NCBI RefSeq assembly: GCF_006345805.1
Contig: NC_043013.1
Span: 44,020,001 to 44,084,000, forward strand
Reading direction: 5' to 3'
DNA: 64,000 bases
Source: Octopus sinensis
Lineage: Eukaryota
Part shown: in pieces, positions 1 through 10,522 of the stretch
Layout of the letters: every line of letters begins with the position of its first letter
Numbering within the stretch: position 1 is the first letter of the stretch
The notes under the pieces: model-generated
Told to the model about the DNA's origin: nothing
Seen by the model: only the letters and a program-made list of their open reading frames with translations
Databases searched by the model: none
Program-made: the position numbers and the translations under genes

Positions 1-532
1 CATAACTCAGTGGTTAGAGAGTTGGGCTTACCATTGCGAGATTGTGAGCTTGATTCTCAGAACAGGCCATGTATTGTGTTCTTGAGCAAGACACTTTATT
101 TTGTGTTGCTCCAGTTCATTCAGCTGTTGAAATAAGTTGTGGCATCACTGGTGCCAAGCTGTGTTGGCCTTTGCCTTTCCCTTAGACAACATCAGTGGCA
201 TAGCAAGAGGAGTCTTGTATACTGGGGCGACTGCTGATCTTCCACAAGACAACCTTGCTCGGGCTTTTCCGTCAGTAGGAAACTTTCCAGGTGCAATCCC
301 ATGGTCATTTGTGACTGAAGGGGGCCTTTATGCTTACTTTATTATTATTTTTTATTACCAGGTGTAGGGCAATGGGGGACAGAAATGTTCACATGATACT
401 GAACATCTAACTGTTGTTGTTTAACCCCCACCTCAACCTTAATTGAGCAAACCTATGATCAAAGACCTTCTAATAATAAGCCCATCATATTTTCAGATAT
501 ATCTAGCACTGCATCATTCAATATGTTCTTGT

Positions 533-749
533 TTAACCCTTTCATTATTGTATATATTTTGAGATCCTCTGTGTTTCTTTCAATTAATTTTAAATATAAC
601 GAAGAATTTAGTAAAATAACTTAGTTATCATTAAGCTAGTGTTAGGAACATAAACTGTGATTAAAGTTTTGGGGAAGATTTTAATTCAAAAATTGTGAAA
701 ACAAGACATTTGCACTCAGAGTCAGCCGGGTTGGTAACGAAAGGGTTAA
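533..749. mobile_element. piggyBac-like MITE family 1 (~210 bp), copy 1
   Basis: TTAA|CCCTTTC...GAAAGGG|TTAA ends; the same body recurs at 20117, 29400, 46015 and 57521. Confidence 0.8.
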
Positions 750-1612
750 AATTGTGGGAATTTCATTTGCATGGGATTTGACTGCTATAAATGGTCGAAC
801 AAGCACCTAGAGGCTCTTGTTGCTTCATCATGCCTTATAATTATTTGGTTACATCACATTATATTTGTGGTTCAAATCCTATCCAAGCTGACTTTATCTT
901 TCATCCTCCCAAAGTTGATAGGTACCACCAAAGTACTGAGATTGATTCTATGAAATATACATTCTTAACAATGCAACACAAAAATTAACCTCAGTTTTTC
1001 AAATTATATTAAACATGTAATACCCTACCACAGTCTATCCTCAAGTTTTATGGCATTGTGTTATTGTACATGAAGAAATAATTATTGTTACATTAACCAT
1101 CGTTATTTCATTTTGCTATTTTTTGTTACATTCCTGAGATTAACACCTATTCGTTTGTGATTCCATTTCACGGTACATAAGCCAAATGGGTTTTACATAC
1201 ACACACGAATTACAAAATATCAACAAGTACATAATGGCCAAATATTTTGGTGCATGACTTTTGGCCCACCCTGCCCGCACGCATGCACAGATACGCACAC
1301 ACACACATCAAGCATGTTTAAATTTCTTTTCTCATGTTAGCAAAAGAGGTGTAATAAAGCCCAGAGGCATTTAAACTCACAAATATCTAAGTACATATGT
1401 GTATCTCTTTTGCCAATATACATCAGTAAAAGAGGCAAAAATTGGCAAAAAGACCAAAATACTAATCTGTTCAAATAAATATAACTCTGTTTGGTAGTTC
1501 CTATTGCATTGTACAAAATTCCTTGAGGCTCTTGCTGTCAGAAATGTAGTAACCCAAGTGCTGGCCAGTTAGATATCTGTAACCAGCAATACTGTTTGTT
1601 TGGCAAATGTAA

Positions 1613-1946
1613 TCTATATATATATAAACGGCAAAATGTGTGTGTGTCCTTTATACAAATCCACAATTTTTCAGTTAGAGGGCTCGCACTTTCTATGGTC
1701 ATTCAAAACCGTCCAAGGGTGGCCGTGCATATCTTTACATTTCCCCAGTCACCCAGCAAAGCCATTAAAAAATCAATAGAAGTGACTTTTTTGTGAATTT
1801 TCTATCCAAAACCCAATCAAAATGCCCGAAACATGATACGCCAATTGAATGCCAGCTAGCTGTATGTGATTGGTCTGAGATTTGTTCAGTACTCGCTTTG
1901 TCATCAGGTTTTGTCATGACCCGGTGTTGCCGGGTCATAGTGCTAG
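1613..1946 (+). mobile_element. Non-autonomous Helitron
   Basis: A|TC start (TCTATATATATATAAAC), subterminal hairpin ATGACCCGG-tgttg-CCGGGTCAT (1916-1938), CTAG|T end; near-identical copy at 51573-51937. Confidence 0.75.
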
Positions 1947-2138
1947 TATAACATGCAATAAAATAAATTAAATGTAACCAAAAAGGAGGTAATCAAATAT
2001 TCTAAATATATTGAATTCAATGCAGTAACGTATTTGGTAACTGCAACACTCCATGGCCATCTCCACCAGGAGTTTAAGTCACTGGGTCTTAACACCACAT
2101 AGTTATTGTATAATATAAGTTTTGTCAATATGACAAAA

Positions 2139-2543
2139 GGCGTAGGAGTGGCTGTGTGGTAAGTAGCTTGCTTACAAACTGCATGGTTTGGGTTCAGTCC
2201 CACTGCGTGGCACCTTGGGCAAGTGTCTTCTACTATAGCCTCGGGCCAACAAAAGCCTTGTGAGTGGATTTGGTAGACGGAAACTAAAAGAAGCCCGTCA
2301 TATACATGAATGTATGTGTGTGTATATATATGTTTGTATGTCTGTGTTTGTCCCCCCAACATCGCTTGACAACCGATGCTGGTGTGTTTACATCCCCGTA
2401 ACTTAACGGTTCAGCAAAAGAGGCCAATAGAATAAGTACTAGGCTTACAAAGAATAAGTCCTGGGGTTGATTTGCTCGACTAAAGGCAGTGCTCCAGCAT
2501 GGCCACAGTCAAATCACTGAAACACGTAGAAGAGTAAAAGAGT
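2139..2543 (+). mobile_element. tRNA-derived SINE family A, full length
   Basis: Head GGAGTGGCTGTGTGGTAAG with B-box GGTTCAGTCCC, internal (TA/TG)n linker, 3' end GCATGGCC-CAGTC-AATGACTGAAAC-AGTAAAAGAG; many copies in the window. Confidence 0.85.
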
Positions 2544-2747
2544 ATGATTAAACTGCCAGATTTATAGAAACAGTTGCAGGCATGGCTATGCGATAAAGAA
2601 GTTCACTTCACAACTGCATGGTCCAGAGTTCAATTCCACTACATTGCACCTTTAGTGTTTTCTACTATCTTCTTAAACTGTGAGTGGAATTTCACAAAAA
2701 CTTTCACAAGCTTGTGTTGTATATGTGTGTGCATGCACATTCACAAA

Positions 2748-2781
<34 letters not shown>

Positions 2782-2876
2782 GTGGTGGTCTCTCCTGTTA
2801 TAAATGACAACAGTTCTGTAATTTCTTACTGAACAATCCACACAGATGATTTGTTTATAATGTCAAGTATTTGCAA

Positions 2877-3281
2877 GGAGTGGCTGTGTGGTAAGTAGCT
2901 TGCTAACCAACCACATGGTTCCGGGTTCAGTCCCACTGTGTGGCACCTTGGGCAAGTGTCTTCTGCTATAGCCCCTGGCCGACCAATGCTTTGTGAGTGG
3001 ATTTGGTAGACGGAAACTGAAAGAAGCCTGTCGTATATATGTATATATATATATGTATGTGTGTTTGTTTGTGTGTCTGTGTTTGTCCATCTAGCATTGC
3101 TTGACAACCGATGCTAGTGTGTTTATGTCCCCGTTACTTAGTGGTTCGGCAAAAGAGACCGATAGAATAAGTACTGGGCTTACAAAAAGAATAAGTCCCG
3201 GGGTCGAGTTGCTCGATTAAAGGCGGTGCTCCAGCATGGCTGCAGTCAAATGACTGAAACAAGTAAAAGAGTAAAAAGAGT
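2877..3281 (+). mobile_element. SINE family A, full length
   Basis: High similarity to 2139-2543. Confidence 0.85.
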
Positions 3282-3937
3282 AATACATGAACTTACTCCT
3301 TCTATCAATTAACATTGCCTTTACATGGGCATGGTGTGCCTCATATCAGATGTCAAAGTGATTGCAGCACAATGTGAAATAGTGTTTTCCTCAAGAACAC
3401 AATGCATTGCCTTGTCTGGGAATTGAAACCACCATCCTGCAATTGTTAATGCAACAGCCTAGGCATTCACACACTTCCTCTATATCCCCCCTCCTCCATA
3501 TATATATACCCAGGTTTCACCAGTCACTACATTCCTCACCTCTTTACATTCATGTTAATGACCTAATCCCTACTCATGCACCCGTGGCATAGTCTATCAT
3601 CACATTTATATTCTCATCCCTGTACCTTCAGCCTATGCCCTAGCACATCAAAACCATCTTTCTCTTGCTCTCCCTCATCCTTGTTTTCTCTTGCACTCTC
3701 ACTCTCTTATTCACGATCTCTTTCTCTCTCTCCCTCTCTGATTGGGGTAATCATGTATTCCCTCTACAGTATGACATTTGTTCTTGTCCCTCTGTCACAC
3801 TCTAACCAGTGGTGCCAACAATGGCTCCCAACACTTTTATTTAAATGAGTTTTCATCCAGAGTCCTTTCAATATGCTCATTCTTATATATATATATATAT
3901 ATATATATATACTTTATTTTAAGCAGCAGAAAATTCA

Positions 3938-3989
3938 ACAAAATCTGTTACTCTGAGTTTCTCGTTGCCGTTCATCAGACAGTTTTTGC
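3938..3989 (-). ncRNA. Minimal type I hammerhead ribozyme motif (PLE left arm)
   Basis: Minus strand: ctgt-CTGATGA-a-CG(GCAA)CG-a-GAAA-CTCAGAG-TA-acag; stem I ctgt/acag, palindromic stem III. Confidence 0.7.
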
Positions 3990-5016
3990 TAGAATGGAAC
4001 TTATATATTAATTCAATCTATACTCTTACAAACGCTACACCTTTAAAAAGAAATGGACTTGTTTGATTGGCCCTTTAGAAAAAACGGTCAATCTTCGAGC
4101 GATAAACAAAAAGGTCAAAAATATATGTATATATATATAAAAAAACTTATAAAAATTATAAAATTATAAAATCCGAGGAAAAAACCGAGGAAAAAACCTA
4201 TTGCCGTTAATGAAGACAGTACAAATTAATGCATAGAAATTAAACCTGTTATAAATACTGCAATACATATTTATATTAAAATCCACATATATATATCAAC
4301 ATACACAAAAGGATGCGCGTAAACGCCATACATACATATACAGACGTATGAATATGAATCTAAATATACACATAAAAGCATGTGTACATATATTCACGCA
4401 AACCGTCTCGCACGCAAGCTAAAATTCATCTATGTAGCAATTCTCATATACTGAGCAAGGAGGGGGAACGAAAGAAAGGGAAAGAGAGAAAAAGGAACGA
4501 AGGAGGGGTGGGGAAAAAACTTGTAGCGATATTATTGGCATCTATAGAGGCCAGTATACATACACAAGTTTGAATTGATACATATACATACCGTCGTGTG
4601 TATGCGTGCTTAAGCACAAGCATACTTTCACTTACACATACACAGATACGCATGCTTACAAATACATATGCTTTGCTATACACATACTTATATAAACATT
4701 CTAATTTTGACAACATTGCTTTTTTTTAAAAAAAACATTGCTTTTAAAAAATGGGTGCATTAATAAAAATATATACGAAAGACATATAAAATAAAATATA
4801 ACATCCTATTTTGGGTCATTTATAAATAATCAAGGTAATATAAATAATCAAGGTAATCCTATGCAATACAATAACATGAAAACAAAGTTTGTGGGTTTTT
4901 CCTAATATATATGTAGAAACAATAAGACTTTGCTATAGATCCGTCGTAGCGCTCAAGATTCAAAATCAAAATCAAAAATCAAAATACAAAATATATACTC
5001 TATCCATATGGTATAT

Positions 5017-5768
5017 TTATATTCGACATTTTAATTTAGCCGCGTGCCTACATAAGTTCATTAACTCACTTCTTTGATTCAAAGAATTATTGTCTTTGAA
5101 TAATATGTGCATTTTCTCTAATAAGCAAAGCCTGCACTTGAAATTATATTTGTAAGCTCCATGCCTGTATGGTGCCGCCCTGTCCAGAATGCTCCATGTC
5201 ACGTTGAAAGGTGGGGCTTCCTTTTCTTTCTTTAGTTCCCAGACATATTTTGCTAGGCTGGTTTTCTTCCTATTCTCTGGGTATTTAAAAGAATTCTTAT
5301 GAGAATAAAATCTTGTTTTAAATGAATTTTCTGAAGCCCCTGTGTATGTCTTGTATTCCGATGAGCCTTCCACTTGCACCTTGGCTCTATAAACTACTCC
5401 TTTCACTAGACATTTCCTTCTAACGGACAGGAGCTTTCGTTTTTGAAATTACATTTCTTAATGGGCTCGGCACCATGTCTAATCTCAATTAGCTTCCTAT
5501 TATGTTGGCTAATGTAAGAGGCGAAATTTCTGCAACAAGAATAGCTAACCTTCAGGGTTCTTCTATTAAATATTCTGTAGAATTTATGACCCTGCTTAAA
5601 ATGCTTAGAGACTAATCTCAAAAATTCCTTACCTATATTAGTCTTTACGGCCAAATTGAAAGCCGGGTTGAACCACAAAACTTTCCTGGTCCTAGTTCTT
5701 CGTGCAGCATTATTATTAGCATTAAGCTGGTTGATCTGGATCTTCTCCGAGAATCCACTATTCTTTAA
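5017..5768 (-). pseudogene. PLE ORF 3' part: RT-EN linker plus GIY-YIG endonuclease, frameshifted near 5410
   Basis: WFNPAF..TNIGKEFL..KHF..IFNRRTLKVSYSC..HN, CN(F)..CPLEG, then VVY..TYTG..FKTRFYSH..CRLCLLEK..LNQRSE..CRH. Adding one A (GGAAAT to GGAAAAT) restores EGKCLVKGVVY. Confidence 0.9.
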
Positions 5769-5796
5769 TTTCTGAAGCCCCTGTGTATGTCTTGTA

Positions 5797-6130
5797 TTCA
5801 GAAAATTCATTTAAAACAAGATTTTATTCTCATAAGAATTCTTTTAAATACCCAGAGAATAGGAAGAAAACCAGCCTAGCAAAATATGTCTGGGAACTAA
5901 AAGAAAAGGAAGCCCCACCTTTCAACGTGACATGGAGCATTCTGGACAGGGCGGCACCATACAGGCATGGAGCTTACAAATATAATTTCAAGTGCAGGCT
6001 TTGCTTATTAGAGAAAATGCACATATTATTCAAAGACAATAATTCTTTGAATCAAAGAAGTGAGTTAATGAACTTATGTAGGCACGCGGCTAAATTTAAA
6101 ATGTCGAATATAATATACCATATGGATTAG
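5797..6130 (+). pseudogene. Inverted duplicate of the GIY-YIG endonuclease C-terminal part
   Basis: SENSFKTRFYSH...CRLCLLEK...CRH is essentially identical to the minus-strand copy. Confidence 0.9.
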
Positions 6131-7132
6131 AGTATATATTTTGTATTTTGATTTTGATTTTGATTTTGAATCTTGAGCGCTACGACGGATCTATAGCAAA
6201 GTCTTATTGTTTCTACATATATATTAGAAAAACCCACAAACTTTGTTTTCATGTTATTGTATTGCATAGGATTACCTTGATTATTTATATTACCTTGATT
6301 ATTTATAATGACCCAAAATAGGATGTTATATTTTATTTTATATGTCTTTCGTATATATTTTTATTAATGCACCCATTTTTTAAAAGCAATGTTTTTTTTA
6401 AAAAAAAGCAATGTTGTCAAAATTAGAATGTTTATATAAGTATGTGTATAGCAAAGCATATGTATTTGTAAGCATGCGTATCTGTGTATGTGTAAGTGAA
6501 AGTATGCTTGTGCTTAAGTACGCATACACACGACGGTTGTTATGTATCAATTCAAACTTGTGTATGTATACTGGCCTCTATAGATGCCAATAATATCGCT
6601 ACAAGTTTTTTCCCCACCCCTCCTTCGTTCCTTTTTCTCTCTTTCCCTTTCTTTCGTTCCCCCTCCTGCTCAGTATATGAGAATTGCTACATAGATGAAT
6701 TTTAGCTTGCGTGCGAGACGGTTTGCGTGAATATATGTACACATGCTTTTATGTGTATAATTTAGATTCATATTCATACGTCTGTATATGTATGTATGGC
6801 GTTTACGCGCATCCTTTTGTGTATGTTGATATATATATGTGGATTTTAATATAAATACGTATTGCAGTATTTATAACAGGTTTATTTCTATGCATTAATT
6901 TGTACTGTCTTCATTAACAGCAATAGGTTTTTTCCTCGGTTTTTTCCTCGGATTTTATAATTTTTATAATTTTTATAAGTTTTTTTATATATATATACAT
7001 ATATTTTTGACCTTTTTGTTTATCGCTCGAAGATGACCGTTTTTTCTAAAGGGCCAATCAAAAAGTCCATTTCTTTTTAAAGGTGTAGCGTTTGTAAGAG
7101 TATAGATTGAATTAATATAAGTTCCATTCTAG

Positions 7133-7183
7133 CAAAAACTGTCTGATGAACGGCAACGAGAAACTCAGAGTAACAGATTTTGT
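7133..7183 (+). ncRNA. Minimal type I hammerhead ribozyme motif (PLE right arm)
   Basis: CTGATGA 7143-7149, stem II CG-GCAA-CG, GAAA 7160-7163, ACTC-A-GAGT palindrome, predicted GUA cleavage after 7172, stem I aaaactgt/acagatttt. Confidence 0.7.
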
Positions 7184-7279
7184 TGAATTTTCTGCTGCTT
7201 AAAATAAAGTATATTACTCTACCACTGGTATTTGAGTACTCTTTTTTCCACCTTGTTTCACATTTATGTGTTTACTCCG

Positions 7280-7318
<39 letters not shown>

Positions 7319-7485
7319 TTTGATTTTAGTTTACGGACCCTCAGTACTACTTTTGTGGACCACAAGGGGTCTGTGGACCCCAGGCTGGGAACCACTGCTC
7401 TAACCTCTCATAACCTTTACAGAAGGCCATCTCTTCAAATTAGTAAAATGCCATCGTGAAATCTTGTATGACTTGCAAGTCTGGC

Positions 7486-7577
7486 TTTGGACAGTATTCG
7501 AGTGTATGTGCGCACGCACGCAGCTGTATATGCTTGCACAAGCACTATGACCTGGCAACGCCAGGTCATACTGCTAG
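7486..7577 (+). mobile_element. Helitron 3' end fragment (family of 1613 and 51573)
   Basis: Body GTATGTGCGCACGCACGCAGCTGTATATGC matches the 51573 copy; hairpin 7541-7575; CTAG|T end. Confidence 0.7.
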
Positions 7578-8604
7578 TACATTATGAAGTATCTCAGGAA
7601 CATCATAAATTTAAGTATTTTATTAGACATCATGACCAATTGGTAAATTTGTTATTATTTACTGGCTTTCTAGGAACAGGTAAGTATTTTACATTATTTG
7701 AAAGAGAAATTCAGTGATTACATTAAAAAATATAGACATTTTCAGTCACATACTGTTGATCTATATATGTTAATGAAGAAATGGCCATTACATGAATTGA
7801 TGGACAACTTTTTTTTATTTGTGTTGGGATGGGTGTTAATTTTATGGCAAATATGGTTTGAAACAGTTTGACAATTAAGAGTGATCTCCCTTGCATATGT
7901 GACCTAATGTTTTTTCACCATGACACTTTTGTTTGTTTTGGAGATATTTCATCTATCTGATACACAAATATTTAAGTATACTTTCTGCAATTTTAAATAT
8001 TTTATTTATTTGCTTTGCTATAAAACTGTCTTAATGGGTTCAGTATGCCATTTATTGGTTAAAAAGAAGATTGTTTTATTTTGCATTTTTGATGCAGAAT
8101 TAAAAACTGAAGATTTTTATTATTGTCTAAACCATTATTCATGTTGTTCTTGATAATTAACTGACATTAAAATAATTTTATTTATCGTTTTTTTTGGGCA
8201 TAATCTTATTACTGTAATGTAACATAATTATGTAATAACAGTTATTTGTAACTCACATTTCAATAAGAATAATTGGTTATTGTTTTGTTTAGTATGTGCG
8301 CTAAGTTTTCATAAAGTCATCTATTTGCATATTATTTACATTTATCAATATGTATTTTTCTATATCTTTTTGGCTATGTCTTTTCTTATATATTACACAT
8401 AACTTTAAATGCATGTTTTTATTTTTTATTTATCTATTAGATTTTATATATAAGCATGTTTTTTTAATAATATTCTTGTTATTTCTGATGTATCTATAGA
8501 TAAACAATACCAAATTAGTTTTTACATTTACCTCAATGACTCAAAGGAGTAATCTGGGTTTTTTCCAGACTGAGCCGTGAAAAAAAATTTTATATACATA
8601 TATA

Positions 8605-8771
8605 GGCATAGGAGTGGCTGTGTGGTAAGTAGCTTGCTTACGAACCACATGGTTCCGGGTTCAGTCCCACTGCGTGACACCTTGGGCAAGTGTCTTCTAC
8701 TATAGCCTCGGGCCGACCAAAGCCTTGTGAGTCGATTTGGTAGACGGAAACTGAAAGAAGCCCGTTGTATA

Positions 8772-8821
<50 letters not shown>

Positions 8822-9033
8822 TGTGTGTATGTTTGTGTGTTGTGTTTGTTCCCCCAACATCGCTTGACAACCGATGCTGGTGTGTTTATGTCCCCGTAAC
8901 TTAGCGGTTCGGCAAAAGAGACTGATAGAATAGGCTTACAAAGAATAAGTCCTGGGGTCGATTTGCTCAACTAAAGGCGATGCTCCAGCATGGCCACAGT
9001 CACATGACTGGAACAAATAAAAGAGTAAAGAGT
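8605..9033 (+). mobile_element. SINE family A, full length
   Basis: Same head, linker and tail as 2139. Confidence 0.85.
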
Positions 9034-9199
9034 TTATATACATATATATATACTTTATTTGTGCATTAAGGCTACCATTGGTTTCATGTCAAGAAATATA
9101 TTTCTTAACACGAAACCAATACACAAATAAAGAGTTTTTAACCACCAATGCAATGCTGAGCTTTCATTTTCATTGCTTGATATCTACACGTGTGTGTAT

Positions 9200-9242
<43 letters not shown>

Positions 9243-9246
<4 letters not shown>

Positions 9247-9435
9247 ATCCAAACAAGAAAGCACAAAAAAACACAACAACGCGAGGACGTGGAACAAATA
9301 TAGTATTATTACACGCTCAGGAAAGAAGGAGGGTTCAACGTTTCGAGCGGAGCTCTTCATCAGAAACATAGGAGAAGGAAAGATCCAGAGAAGGGAAGAC
9401 AGAGGAAAAAAAATCACCAACGATACACACGCCAT
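9243..9435 (-). mobile_element. Short PLE-type pseudo-LTR fragment, second family
   Basis: Abuts (TA)n and contains a minimal hammerhead motif; a related degenerate copy lies near 38100-38200. Confidence 0.55.
9333..9367 (-). ncRNA. Minimal hammerhead ribozyme motif, second family
   Basis: Minus strand: gttt-CTGATGA-a-GAGC(tcc)GCTC-GAAA-CG-TT-gaac; palindromic AACGTT stem III. Confidence 0.65.
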
Positions 9436-10288
9436 GGACAGTTAGTCTTGGTGACTATGGCTATCTATGTTTTTGGTATATAATGTAGTATTATATAAAG
9501 TATTATATAATGTAATGTATTTAGTCATATAATGTAGTTATACTGTGAAGGCTGTGTATTTAAATGGGTTTGTGTGCTATGTGGAAGAGAGGAATACAAT
9601 GTTTTGGGGTTGCTTTTCTTCTATGAGAGAAGAGAAAGAGTAAAAATGTGTTTTCTTTGCGAGACACAAAAACAACCCTGAAATCAGCTGATTCCATTTC
9701 CCCCCTCTGGCTTACAAACTTATTCTAACGTCACAGATTATAAGCTGTGATCATAGCCAGCATAGATCACCGATTTTCTTGGACTTCACAACACCCACTC
9801 ATCCACCACAGCAGAATTGAGATCCTAAAACCAAAGTGCCAAGTAAAAAGCATTGGTGTGGATGCTGGTGCCATGTTAAAAACCACTGGTGCTGGTGTCA
9901 CATAAATAACAATCATGATGGTGTCATGTAAGAAGCTCCTTGTACACCCTGTGGAGTAGTTGGCATTAGAAAGGGCACCTAGCTGTAGAAACAAAGCCAA
10001 AACAAATTATAGGATTTGGTGTGGCCCCCTACCTTGCCACTTCCTGTCAAGCTGTCCAACCCATGCCAGCACGGAAAATAGACATGAAATATCAATGATG
10101 ACGATGATTATTATTTTACCTTCCATTCCCTTTACCTAAGTATATAAGACAGAAGTCTAAGAGGACTTGGAAATGCAATGGGACAACAAACTTTCTTTTT
10201 ATTCATATACTATTTTACTGGTTTCAGTTATTGTCTGTGGCCATGCTGTAGCAATGCCTTTGAAGATATAATCAATCATATTAATACC

Positions 10289-10522
10289 TATTTCTTTACT
10301 ACCCACAAGGGGCTAAACACAGAGAGGACAAACAAGGACAGACATAGGTATTAAGTCGATTACATCGACCCCAGTGCGTAACTGGTACTTAATTTATCGA
10401 CCCCGAAAGGATGAAAGGCAAAGTCGACCTCGGCGGAATTTGAACCCAGAACGTAACTGCAGATGAAATACTGCTAGGCAGTTCGCCCGGCCTGCTAACG
10501 ATTGTGCCAGTTCGCTGCCCTA
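10289..10522 (-). mobile_element. tRNA-derived SINE family B with 15-bp TSD
   Basis: Core CTTTCATCCTTTCGGGGTCGATAAATTAAGTACCAG; TSD AATCATATTAATACC at 10274-10288 and 10523-10537. Confidence 0.85.

Larger units (their letters stand above)
3911..7281. mobile_element. Penelope-like retroelement (C-terminal GIY-YIG type), 5'-truncated inverted (fold-back) insertion
   Basis: Arms 3911-5335 and 5797-7210 are reverse complements; they carry PLE linker and endonuclease coding sequence and a hammerhead motif; 71-bp 3' tail (7211-7281) on the right arm only; (TA)n on both sides. Confidence 0.9.
3807..7397. mobile_element. hAT-type MITE split by the PLE insertion
   Basis: Left TIR CAGTGGTGCCAAC (3807), right TIR GGCTGGGAACCACTG (ends 7397), flanking direct repeat CTCTAAC at 3800-3806 and 7398-7404. 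Confidence 0.65.

Noticed and set aside
5406-5810. Separate 134-aa gene starting MNFLNTRH
   Set aside because: The start is made by the inversion junction and the 31-bp patch; the rest is PLE linker
5017-7130. Selenoprotein-type PLE (in-frame TGA plus SECIS)
   Set aside because: There is no in-frame TGA in the corrected frame, the break near 5410 is a 1-nt homopolymer deletion, and no SECIS-like stem was visible by eye
3911-7210. Palindrome as a pure assembly artefact
   Set aside because: Not favoured: the asymmetric 71-bp tail, the matching geometry at 53433 and the rejoining hAT flanks argue for a real insertion, though raw reads were not available
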